From IMG/VR virus record IMGVR_UViG_3300035698_019702: 64,000 bases of DNA; one strand, given 5' to 3'. The position numbers and the translations under genes are program-made. How positions within the stretch are numbered: position 1 is the stretch's first letter; each line of letters opens with the position of its first letter. Below are positions 30,096 to 43,200 of the stretch, piece by piece. The DNA is from an uncultured virus (IMG/VR IMGVR_UViG_3300035698_019702) (Duplodnaviria; Heunggongvirae; Uroviricota; Caudoviricetes). The notes under the pieces were generated by a model, which ran no database searches, was not told the DNA's origin, and worked only from the letters and a program-made list of their open reading frames with translations.

Positions 30096-31270
30096 TAGAA
30101 TTCAAAGTTGATCCCCCAAGTGGGCATGCTGAATCTTGTTTAGATATACGCTTTGTGATCAAAGTGGACAAAGCTGATCGTATGCAAATAGAAATATTTA
30201 ATGAAACTATTGATACCAAGTTGGAACTATTGTCTGTTTCTAAAGGTGTAATATCAGAAGAGAAAACTGCTATAGTCAAAAAGTCCAACTTTGTCGAAGG
30301 ATATATCAACCTATTTAACAAAGATAAGATGAACTCCAGATTATCAGAGTTAGTTAAAGTTGACCTAAAGTGTGTTGCTCACATTGAATTAGATGGCAAA
30401 ACGATGGTGGAAGAGGTTACTCTTCCATTTTATAACGAAAGCCAATCTTTGGATTCCCACATAATACCGTTTGATCTAATTCTAGACAACCACGAGATCG
30501 ATCTTAAGAATAACATACCACTCAGTATGCAAATTGTTTGTGATACTGAAAAGAAATATGAACTCGCTGTTAAATCGACTACAGGCGAGATATGCACTTT
30601 TGAGGTGATGACCCGGAAGGGAAGAACTCAAGTAGTTTTACCATCTGAAATCCTATGGCATGATCTCAGAATACACAAAAATATAGGTGGTAAGTACCAA
30701 CTGTACTGGGTGAAATTTGAAGGTGTAGATCATATGAAATATATGAACAGAAAGTATATACCTATTTCAGAATCCATCATCACATTTAATGATGTTATGA
30801 TGAGCCCTAAACCACAGCAGCGATTAGGTCCGACAGGTAAGAAACTAACACCTGACTTTGTTTTAAGTCACAGATACTACGTGCCAACTTTTCAAGATTT
30901 CTCATCTCTTGGTGAAATTGCTAATCAGGGACGTGTTGCTAGTGAGGCAAATATCAACCGTCTCAGGTTTTTACATGAGACACAATCACTAGAAATCAAA
31001 GAGACTGATAAAATACAGTCTATGTCAATTAACGAATCAGAGCAACTCGCAGAAAAGAAGAGACAGATGGCTGCAATGCGTGCGTCACCACAACCTGATC
31101 CCCGACAACGACTTCTTATCAACGCATACAAAAAAGCATATACCAGAAAATTAGCCTTGCCACGTACTGATAAAACTTATGTTCAGTATGCCCCTGTAAA
31201 TCAGACGGTAAAGTCTATGGTTGCACAAAAATCTGGTGGATGTGGCTGTTCAAGGAAAAAGGATGCCTAA
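30092..31270 (+). CDS. hypothetical protein, partner of giant protein 1
   Basis: 392 aa; paralog of 46093..46866; ends GGCGCSRKK. Confidence 0.7.
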   Translation: MIEFKVDPPSGHAESCLDIRFVIKVDKADRMQIEIFNETIDTKLELLSVSKGVISEEKTAIVKKSNFVEGYINLFNKDKMNSRLSELVKVDLKCVAHIELDGKTMVEEVTLPFYNESQSLDSHIIPFDLILDNHEIDLKNNIPLSMQIVCDTEKKYELAVKSTTGEICTFEVMTRKGRTQVVLPSEILWHDLRIHKNIGGKYQLYWVKFEGVDHMKYMNRKYIPISESIITFNDVMMSPKPQQRLGPTGKKLTPDFVLSHRYYVPTFQDFSSLGEIANQGRVASEANINRLRFLHETQSLEIKETDKIQSMSINESEQLAEKKRQMAAMRASPQPDPRQRLLINAYKKAYTRKLALPRTDKTYVQYAPVNQTVKSMVAQKSGGCGCSRKKDA

Positions 31271-34200
31271 TCTGTCTAATAGAACAACTGACTTGATCAA
31301 AACGATTGACCATGCAGCAAGGTCGAGTGGATTTACTCCATATCTGTATGGTGGATTAGCTCGCGCAATCCAATTTGACCGTAGCCCGGTTGATAAGCGA
31401 CTAGTTGAAATAGTTTTGTCATACAAACAAACTTGTGATATTTATGGTTTATATCAATCTTTAGCCAAGAAAATTATTATCAACAGGGAGATTGAGCGTT
31501 CTGATAAAATGTATTCAGTTGTTTCTTTCCCATACGTGCTAGAATGTGCATTACGTCAAGATTTTAATCCACTTGACAACGATATCGCGCTTTTTAATGT
31601 TGATAGATTGTTTATCGAACTAGGAAGAACGCTGAAGACAATATCAGAGATATCAGAAACATCTGACTTAGTATGTCTCAAACCAGAGAATGAGTGGGAC
31701 ATCACTCATATTATTGGATTCGCTGATAAAGTAGCTACGTATCCAGATCATGTTATCGTTCCTGAACAGAAGGCAGTATTAGATGACACTCATTTATTAC
31801 AGATTCAGCAACCACTAGGTGTTAACATATCTGATAAGTTGATTGACTTACTCCTTACTCAATATCCTGGCAATGCCTTCCTTTTTTTGGCATCATTTTC
31901 TGATGGAAAAGAGTGGCTTGCGAAACAGTTTATAGAACTATCATCTCAACATTCTATTGCATTGAATGAATCGTTTGATTTGCGAGAGATTATCTCTCCA
32001 AAAAAAGCGGAGTTATTGAATGTTTACAGTGAATATTTTAATGTTAAGAAGGAATCCGACTGGCGAAAACATCACACGATATTAACTTATCTGAAGTTGC
32101 TGTTTGATTCTCCATCCTTATCAACAAAAACGCCATATATTGACAGAGTATCTGTCCTGTCCAGCCCAGAAACTTTTACAACTCTGCAACCCGCTAATGC
32201 AACAGTAGAGACATTTACTAATCGATGGGCATGTTGTCAGACAGGCGACGTTTGTACTGAAGTTGATGAAACTACCTGTACTGCGTTACAAGGAACATGG
32301 TATCCTAATGAACTATGTGCAGATGTTAATTGTCTGCCAGGTGTTCCTGGAGATTGCGAGTACCCTCCATGCTCACCGTGCGATCCTACTGAATGTGGAG
32401 AGCCTTCGCATGGTGGACAACCATGTTGTTGTTGCTCAAGTGTAGACATTATTGCAGCAACCGAATTACAGTGTCATAAGCCAGTTATTATTTCATGTAA
32501 TCGTGATGGAAGTGGTCCTGGACCAGATAATGATGGTATCGAGCAAGACTTTGGTGATTGTGAGATATGTCGTGAAATATGTGGAATGGTCATTAACTCA
32601 TCTGGTCCTAGTGGCTGCATTAACCCTCCTGATCCTACGTTGACCAAAATTTGTTGCGGAGAATTGCCAACACCGTGGTATCTTAACCCTCCTACCCCTT
32701 GTGAATGTGATTGTGCACAATATGATGGTGATGGTATTTGCTCATTACATTGTGTAACATGCGGTGGTGTACATGCTTATTGCCAATCTATTGTTACTCC
32801 AGGTGGTGACGACAATGATTGTGCGTATGATTTCACTATAGAGCCAGGACCAGAATGTTGTGGTAGCCCAGTAGGCTTTGATGTTATTTTTGCCATTGAC
32901 AACTCAGGGAGTATGCAGACAGAAATTGATGAAGTTCGCGAGGGGATAGAAAGGTTTGTTGATGCTGGACATGAACGAGGAATTATTTCTCGAATGGGTT
33001 TGGTTTTCTTTAATGACACTGATACCAGCCATGACCTTTGGTTATATGGTTGGAATGCTGATGGTACATTTAATGCTCGTGCGCGGGATAGCATACGAAA
33101 CTATGGCGGCCCAAATTTCCCAGGTCCAGTAGATTTTACATCGGATGTGGAAGCATACAAAGCTCAACTAAACCCTGCCTTGGAGGGTGGTTATGAAAAT
33201 GGCAAGGCAGCAGCCATGTTCGCTTTGAATTATAACTTCCCAGGAGCATTTGGAAATGTTCTAATACTAATTTCAGATGAACCTTGGCCGAATCCTGGCC
33301 ATTGGGATGGCCCCACTAGAACTGAAGTTATTAATTATGCTAATGCGTTAAACTACAAAATTTTCTACATTGGGCCTGCTAATGGGTCAGAAGAACTAGC
33401 CCACCAAACTGGTGGTGCACATTACGAACTTAATCCTGCTCCTAACTGGGACGACATCTTTGCTGATGTGTCATCTGTGGCAGGTGTTTTCCCTTCATCT
33501 TGCTCTTGTGTTGATTTTACACCGCTACCAATTTTAAGAGCGGTGGGTGATCCATCAGACCCAGAGCATTACTATCCAGAATGTAATTGTCCTGATGTTA
33601 GGCAATGTTTGCCTAATACTCCTGGTGAATTACCATCACATTGCTACGAATTTCCAATAGAAAAATGTGTTGCTCCAGATACCAGTGCTGATTGCGAAGG
33701 TATTTGTGAGGTGCCGTTTGGCATCAACGTATGTGGTACCATCATTACTATCACACCCACTGAGACCAATATGACCTGCTGTGGCTTTTTGCCAGGGTTT
33801 GGTTGTACTTGTCCTTCTGGCAGTGGTGATTGTCCTGCTTTCCGATGTTGCGGGGCAGATTGTGAAGAGATATGTGATTGGCTTGCAATACCATTCCCCA
33901 CTCCAGTTCATAGTAGTATTGAAGAAGCACAACAGTTTGTATGGGACTCATGTCTCGCCAACGCAACAGGGACGTGTGGCGACGATTGCTTACTCTTCCC
34001 TACAGGGGAATGTGAGGAAGACGGCGAAACACCTATCGAATATTCCAAAGAGAAATCAGCTTTATACGATGAAGTAGCCCAGAAATATGCTAACTGTGGT
34101 GGTGAAGGTGGAGCTTGCTGCATAGGAATAAATTGTACCACAGTTTCTAGCGAATCAGAATGTGATGGTATTTGGATGGGATATGGAACACCATGTACTC

Positions 34201-37200
34201 CAAATCCATGTGGCACACCTGGAGCAGTTGAATTTGAGTGTGTAACATCAGAGTGTGATTTTGATGATCAATGTATTGTAGGCGAACCTGTTATCGGTGC
34301 GAACCGCATACAAGACCAATGTGACCGGATTAACAAAGGCTGTACCAACGTCAAAAGCCCTTCTATTGCCATCTTAAATAATGGTGTAGGACTCATTGCA
34401 TATGAATCTATGATAGATAATGTTTCTACTATCAAGATTCAACAGTTCCACACTAGTGTAGACTTCAAATTACTTGCAAACAGAACATTTGGATACGGTA
34501 GATTACAACATAATTCTAAATGGGATAAAGCACCCGGTTTAGTTGAAGTTTCAGTGGCTACTATGTGGTCATATGATCCACTACCACTCGACATCATTCA
34601 GGGTACGAGCGATCCAGCAGATACCAGCACATGGAAAGATGTAATTGTTTTCGCCTCTGGCCCACTAGCAGGATCATGTTTCCCTGTATACAACATGGAC
34701 CCTACCGGATTTAACATTGAAACGGGTGCATGGTATGTGAAGTTTCTAGTCCAATCAAACACACCTCTAACGTCTCCGTTCTTTAGTTCTGATGACTATT
34801 ATCAAGCTCGATGGTACGTATACGACTATCAAACTGCCTTGAGAAGTTCTGGTGGTGGTATCGATACAGAATACAAAAACTTGGTCGGCGGTGCAGGTGC
34901 GAGTGCGAGTGCACAAGAACATCCTTATTCAGAGTACATGTTCAATACTTCGTCTGATGTAGATAATATACTACTTGGTGATCGCATCACAAATCATATC
35001 TATAATGGAAATCGAGTCCCAGTAGCTAATCCAAAACTAGACGTAAGCAAGAACTATGCTCGACCTTATGAAAATTCCCATTATGCCTATTTAACTTACC
35101 AAGCTTTAGAAGATGGAAAGTGGAATATCTACCTGAAACAGATTAGATTATCTGAGTATAGTAGAGAAAAACTAATTAATGCAGCTACAAGTAGTGATAA
35201 TCTTGTTCCAATAGCTAACCCTGCCGACGACTTGATTGAGACAGGTCTGGGATTGGCTGGTGTGATATATCGCATCACCTGTGTTAGTGATAATTGTAGC
35301 GATATCGGTGATAATGAATTTCTTCTGCAACGCACTGTGGTCATGGAGGTACTTCTCACGGACGGTCGGGAAGTCTTAAATCCAGCATTTGATGCGATAT
35401 CAGGTGATTGGGGGTCTTTATGTCCAGGTGTTAAATCTGATAGATTTCCTAAGAGCAAAGTGTTCGTGAAGTTTGTCCAGTCCGCTGTAGGTGATAGATG
35501 TCCAGATCAGTTTCAATTTGACGAAATCTTTCAGGACTGGGCTACGGGGCAAGAGTATTTTGTGCCACTTACTGCGGTTTCGGGACAACAACTTTTTGCT
35601 TACTTGCATCGAACAGATGACAACGGTATTTCAGTGGGTCAATTTGATCCTTCTATAGAGCAAGGTGGGACTTCCATTAGTTCTAGTAGTGTAGGAGCAG
35701 ATTGGTATAACGATTTTGATGCTGATACAAATAACTGGTCGGTTATAGAATCTGATCCATTTGATATCTTATCTGAGTACAAAGGGCTTGATATTAGTGA
35801 GCCAATCCTTATCTCTACATCTGAGACTGGACATTGTACTAACCCAAGTGTTCAGGTTGATTACGATAATCATGTCTTTATTGCATATGAGCATACTGAC
35901 GAAGGGATACAGAATATCCGGGTAGTTGGCACGAAACAAGTTGCAGATGAACTACCAGCTGGAGTGGGTCTGGCTTTCAACCCTGATAATTCTCTCAACT
36001 ATTTCTTCGATAAAGAGGATTTCGTATATTCGGTGGATGTAACTACATCAGGTGAAGGTTCTAATCAGCTACCTGATCTGTATGTTGATCTTAATAACGT
36101 TTTGCATATAGTATGGCAATCTAATAGAGATAAGGTATGGGAGATTTACTACGCAAATTCTACCAACAACTTTGCATACAAGCGTATTACTAAATATGAA
36201 GGCAGATCGCTCAGGCCGTCAATTACTTCAAACCCGTCTGGTAATCTGTTTATAACATGGCACGACAACAGATATGGTAACTACGAAATCATGATGGCAT
36301 ATCATCCTGGTATTAGGGTGATTCCTTTGTATCAACAAGACCCTTATTTAGCGTCATTACGTAACTTCCATGATGGGTGGTCTCATACAACTGATTCACT
36401 TCCTCTTACTGTAGAAAATAACAGTGACGGGCCGGTGTGTTATTCGCATTTTGACGTAAATTTCTATGAGGACAGGAGCCTGGAGCATCTAGCCTTCACA
36501 GTATCATCAGATGATTTCCCGTTTGCTTTCACTTTGCCTGGGTCTGAATCTGATGTTACTACAGTCGATTTGAGTGATATTGATACTCAGTGGGTTGTGA
36601 CTTACGATTATGATTATGTAGTCTCAACTATAACAAACCAGAACTTTGTAGCGGTAAGCAACGAGATCGATACCTATCTCGCAGATTCGACTATCAAAAC
36701 AATTTTGATTCCTGAATTAAACGTTGCTGGGGGTTGTTCGTTTGGAACTATTGAGATAAGAGCAAGTAACATCACAAATGATCCCAATGCGGATTCACAG
36801 TGGACTGCTGAATATTCCTTGGTCAACCTTGAGGGTGAGTTATTAGACCTTGAAACCATCGGTGTAACTGAGGAAATTGCTGGAAGGTACAAGCAAATAA
36901 GGCTGAAGTGGTCTTGTGATGTTTTCACTGATACTTTCTCTATAACTGAAAGTGAAAGTGATGCTGATGTGGAAAGTGGTTTGACATGGACTAACGACGG
37001 GTCAGAAATACGGTTGGGACATGATAGTTCTTCCACTTCTGCTACATGGGAAGAAATAACTACGAACGCTTCACCGTTGTTGGCAAGTTCCTCTGCCATA
37101 GTAGATATAAACGGAACACTGTATGTATCGTGGGTAGAGTCGGATGGAATTAAATTTGCTGAGTTTGATCCATTGAACGGATCGTTCGTTAATGAGGAAT

Positions 37201-40200
37201 GGGCGGAAGCACCAACATCAGGTTTTGCTATAACATCAATTTCTATGCAAAGTGTTATCAACATACCTGCTATAGCATATGTCGGGTTAAATACAACTAC
37301 CGGATTGTACTCGGTGGTATATGTAACCAAATTTGGAGGTTCGTGGAATTCGTATACTGTAACTACAAGTGTACCAACTTATATATGGGATCAAATCTCC
37401 CTATTAGATAATAACGATCAGCCAGCAATTATAGTGCATTTTGGCGGTGGCGGAACTTCAGCCATCAACTTCTATACAAGTACTACTCAGGGTCAATCGT
37501 GGCAACCTTTTGAATCCGTATCCATCAACATAAACTCTGATGGAGAAATATCTGCTGCAATGATATCTGGCATTCCTGCGGTTACATACCTAGATACAAT
37601 AACCGGCAACAGGGTTTATAACACGAGAGATGAATCATGGGGTGCCCCTATCACCATGAATGTAACTTCAGACATTACAGCAGAACGATGCAATATCATC
37701 GAATATAACACTCATCCATTATTCTTCTTTTCGGATAGCTCAGGCATCGGATTAAGATGGGCTCGGTATGACGGAGTAGCTTGGACTGGAGATCAACTGA
37801 TCGATGGAGCGGCAGAAATTGGGTACTATCATCCGATGATAGTTAATAGCATACCAACTATATCGTACTATGAATCATCTGGATCGTCTCAGGTTGACCT
37901 TAAGTACGCAGAACTCTCAAATTTATTGCTCAATATATGGACTATCAACGTTATCGATTCAAATCTTTCAATCACAACTACCTCATCTGGACATTGGGTG
38001 CCTAGTTGTAGTTGGTCTGGTGATCCTCCAGGTGGAGAAACAGTAGCAGAGCATGCGGTTATTATGCCTCTTATAGATTCCGCTAACATCGTTTATATTG
38101 AAGAGTTCGATGTTACTGGAGTCGAGAAGTTTGATGCGTATTTTAGATTTGATAATTTTGATATTCCGGTAGATACTACAATTATCAGTTCGCATATGGA
38201 AATAAAAGCCCGTGTTGATAGTGGCTCGGCTAAGTCTGTTATAAGGTTGTTGGATGAGGTTGATACCAGGGAGTTTGAAAATAACGCACTCGTACATGTA
38301 TATATAACAGCAGCTGGGGATGATGCAGAACTTGAATTACCTGATATATGGAACGTAGGTGAGAATACTATCAAGTTTGGTAGTAATGGAGGCAGCGAGT
38401 ACTATTCGTACTATTCGTACTTAAGGTTTTTACTCAACATCCCTGCAAATTCGAGAATAATTGAATCCTATTTGGAGTTTCATGGCATTGCGTCAACTGG
38501 TGATACTCATGCTTCTATTGTTCTTGTGGATGGTAGTCAGGAATTTGCAGATACTCATTTCTATTCAGTCGCTGTCGATAGTATAAGTGGTGATGCTGAT
38601 TTCCAAATAAGTGACGAACGATGGGATAACGACGAGGAAACGATTCGCTTTGGCGAAGAATCCGGTGAAACATACGAAGCATATCTTAGATTCTATATTA
38701 CAGGTATCCCTGACTATGCGTTGATTTCATCTGCTTCAGTTACCATGCAGGCGGAAGCACCTGTTATTGGTGATTCTGATGTAACAATCAAACTATTAGA
38801 TTACGGAAATATTGACGCATTTCCAGGTACTACTGTGCATCAATTCCCAGTCCTTGCAAGTGCTGATGATGCAGATTTTAATACAACCATAGAGGAATGG
38901 CGCAACAACCTGACAGATGTACGATTTGGTTTAACAGGTGGTCAATACTATAATTCATACCTGCGGTTCTTAGTAGATATTGATCCTGACAAAAAATATA
39001 TTGCAGCCCAGCTGCGTCTTACTCCTGCCGTTGATAGCTTAGGTACATCAAGAGCATACATTAAACTACTGACTCCCAATGATCAGTACCCATCTGCTGA
39101 TCATATAGCATTCCCAACCATGCTTACCGCCGACATCTATGCAACAGCTGGCGACGACGATGCCATAGCAGAGGTAATTGATGGTTCGCCTAAACTGTGG
39201 GATAATGACGAACTATACCTATGGTGGGGTACTGAGCATGCATCTGGTGCAGATCATGTATGGGATGGCTATATTAGATTTGATACCTTAACAGCCGGCA
39301 TAACAAGACCGACAACAGGGTTTGGTAGACCAAAGATCAACCGTGCTAACCTAGAAATGCAAGCAGATGGTGATTCAGACACTAGTACTACAATTATTCA
39401 TGGCATAAACCGTAACATAGAACGAGGTGGTAGTGGATTCCCGCATTGGACTTCGATTATTGCCGAAATACCGAGTGCTACAAGCGATGCGTTTTTAGCT
39501 GATACAGATTGGACTATCGATACAGATACGCTGCAATTTGGACATGATGGATTAGATTCTTATGACGCTATCCTCAGATTTGTCCCAGAGGATAAAGATA
39601 GTTCTATCATGATTGAACGATATGACTATATCTCAGAAGCGTATTTAATACTTGTAGCAGCAGGTGACACCCTGAGTGGAGCATCTGCTAAAATACAGTT
39701 GATTAACGATTGCACAATGGATGAATTTATTGAATCTAGTAGCCAAACTTTCTGGATGGATAACGACAATTATCACGACGGACTTAGCCCAGACGCCTAT
39801 GTGAAAAACGATACTGGTTGGTTTAACAAAACTGGGAGTGTTTTATTTGGTACAGATGGAGTGGATTACTATGACGGGTATTTGAGAATTCGAGTTTATG
39901 GCATACCATCAGGATCGACCATCGTATCAGCCACTCTGTTCTCATATCCTGACTCTGCTGAATTAAATGCGTCTGATATCATCATTACGTTGACAGATGA
40001 AAATTCAGCCACAGCATTCAAAAATTCAGAGAATAAGTGGACATCTGCTAATCTGTCTGGCGATATGGGTACAGCCACTCTTGGGTATACCTATCAAGCT
40101 CAGTCTACATTGGATGTAAGCCTAGATGACGATGACCCAGATGATGAGGTGATATTCGATAGCGCTGCCATCTATGGAGACTACAATCATTGGACAGAAT

Positions 40201-43200
40201 ATGTTGTAGGTGATGGCTCAGCAACAGGTGAGACTCCCATATATACATTTGAGACACCTTCCTATACTGATACGCGCACCTATGGATCGGTGCCACCTGG
40301 AACTGTTCAAAGAATAGGTGATATGGTTTGGACTACAGAAGGTCTCTATGTTGCTTGGGTAGACAACGATACTACCCCTGATGCTCCTAATTATAAGCTG
40401 ATGGTTAGTCACCTTGTTAAGGATGGGAGTGGTTGGTATTGGAAGGATGCTATAGAAGTCGATAGTGACGTATATGGTGATATTACTATGCTCATTATTG
40501 ACAACGATCCCTGTATCACTTATTTACGAGATGAATCTGGCACGATGGAAATATGTTTTGCTCGTAAGTATGGTGCAGGTGGAAGTTGGCCCAACCATTC
40601 TACTGTAAAGGTGGTGTCTGGGTCACCTGGTTCTACTCTAGGTTCACCACATTGTATTGATATCGATCCAGATGGTTCAGGTGATCCAGCAATAGGGTTT
40701 GTGCAAGGAGACACAGGTGACGATACCACTAACCAAATTTTCTATGCTACTACTACAGATAGTGGCATAGGTATTACAGACTGGAATGTTACTACAACGG
40801 GCATTGCAAGTGATGGTGGAGGCGAGGATGTTAAGCATGATTGCCTTAGAATGGCTTTGGTAAATGATGAAGTCAACGTGGCCTATTCGAGGTACTCTAA
40901 TATCACCAATAAGATAGAAGTTCATTTTGCTTACAACGATGGTGGAAGTTTGGGTTCTTGGATAGACCAAGGACGAATTGCAACAGCTGGTGGTGATCTA
41001 AATAACGAGGTAGTGGATGGGTTTGACCTTATTTCTTATAATGATTCCCAATCTGATCACTTAGATGCACCAGTAGTCTTCTACAAACACGGTACAACAA
41101 CTAGTATCAACTGGGCATTATCAGAAGATCAGGGAGCCACTTGGTCATTAACTCAACGACTAATTGACACTGGAAGCTTTGATGATATCAACATTAGAGC
41201 AGTTGCCACTAACGAAGGAGGTAGAGTATGGGTTAATGTTGTTTGGGAAGAAGACGACGTAGGTACGTACAATCTAAATATAGAGCGTCAAGAAGAAAGC
41301 CTATACACCAGCCCGTTGCCAGCGAGTTGGATAACAGAAACTATTTTGAGTGATATAGGTTCTGATGAGGTTGATACTGCCCCAGTTGTTGATGTCAGGA
41401 ACAAACCTGCCGTTCTATTCTTGCAGCCCGATCCTACTCCTACGTACAGTTGGGATAGTGCTCCTGTGGTTTTCTGGCAACAAGATTTTACTTATAGTGC
41501 TCTTGTTAGACATTACATAGAAGGCAGGACTGTCAATAACGACTATGAAGCTCCTGATTCTGATGCCATTATCACGGAATCTAAATTCAAAGTTACACCA
41601 ATTGCTCAAGATGGCGGGGATTATGAAATTGATGCAAATGTCAAAATATTTAATCAATCTTCTGTGTCTTCCTGGTCTGACTATGTATACTATGGGTGGA
41701 ATCTTCCTTCGTTATTTGAGACTCCTATAACAGAATTTAACCCAGCACCAGCAGCGTGGGTGGCGGGCTTGCCAATCGAAATAACAGGTGCCGAAGAGAC
41801 AATACAGAATTACATAGATAATAGATCAGGAATGAGGAGTAGATACTTAGGATTCAAGTGGGAAACTGATGATCTAGATGACCTGAGAAGTAGGTTCGAC
41901 ACAGCAGATTTTTACTATGCATATACATATCCACAGAGAACATTGGATATTAACGCTCCACAAGTTCTTTGGTCTATTGAGCCTGGTGAGTGGACAGGTG
42001 CCAATCCTATTGGAGCAGATGTTACTGAGTTGGTAGATTACTGGGTTAACGATAAGGTGTCTAGTGGATACATGGGGATAGTACTTACGGATGCTAACTC
42101 CAGTATTGACTCAGCTAAAGAACTAACATCGGTAGATGGAGATAGTGCTAAACGAGCATACATATACGTTGTATGGAATGAAGTTTCTGATATCAGATAT
42201 AGAAGTGCAATTGTTAGTTGGAGTCCGGATTCTTGGGGTAACTCAGATATAATCACTTCGCCAGATATACGGTTGTTGATACAGGATTATGTTGACCGCT
42301 GCAACCCAACAGCGCTTGGATTAGGAATCCGATATGTTTCAGGTACAGGCATACTGAAATCATTTGCTGCTTATGAGGGTACCGGGTATGGCGAACCGGT
42401 GCAATTGTTTATCGAGTATTCACCATATATTGATGTGACTGCATACAGCCCAGATAAACAAGTCAGTTGGTCAACAGGTGCTTGGACGCATGGTGAAACG
42501 GTTGAAAGTCCCGACTTGTGGAATATCGTCAAACCGTGGTTTGATTCCTACTTCTCTTACACTGCAACGAAATATATAGGATTCAGAGTATCTACAACCA
42601 CAGATTTGCTAAAGCAAGTAAGATCAGTTGAGGATGGATACAACATCAAGTTACATCTTGAATATTCTCCTGAAGGTGATCGTACAGCTTATACTAATTC
42701 AGTTTCCTGGATTGACGCAAATGAGTGGGATTCAGGTGGTAGTGTTGATGCGGAAGATGTGACATCCCCTGATATACTTTCACTTATAGAAACCTTATTT
42801 GATACAACAAACATCTTTAGATATGATTACGACCCTTATGGACAATGGGCCAGTGGGGTTGGTTATTACCGAGATTCAGAACACACGTTAGAAAATTCCT
42901 CCTTCAATGGTCACTATGTTGGGTTTGTGATACAAGAAGACACTTCTTCTCATAGCACTACTTTAAGACAATTTGTGTCATATGATGATGGAGTCCCCCC
43001 AAGTACCGCTGCATATTTGGAGATAGATGAGACTGAGGATGGACCTCGTAATCGATATATGATCGATTCATCTACAGAGCATTCGGGTGTATCGTGGGCG
43101 GCAGCTGGCTGGGATGGGGTAGAAGAAACTGCTGATATTACAGAGTTGATAACTGAATACTTACAGTTACCAGATTATGCAGTGTCTGGCTCGTACATGG

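Noticed and set aside
31221..31262. ORF-track start at 31221 for the giant protein
   Set aside because: Non-ATG start with a longer overlap; ATG 31263 has a purine-rich leader and the usual short overlap
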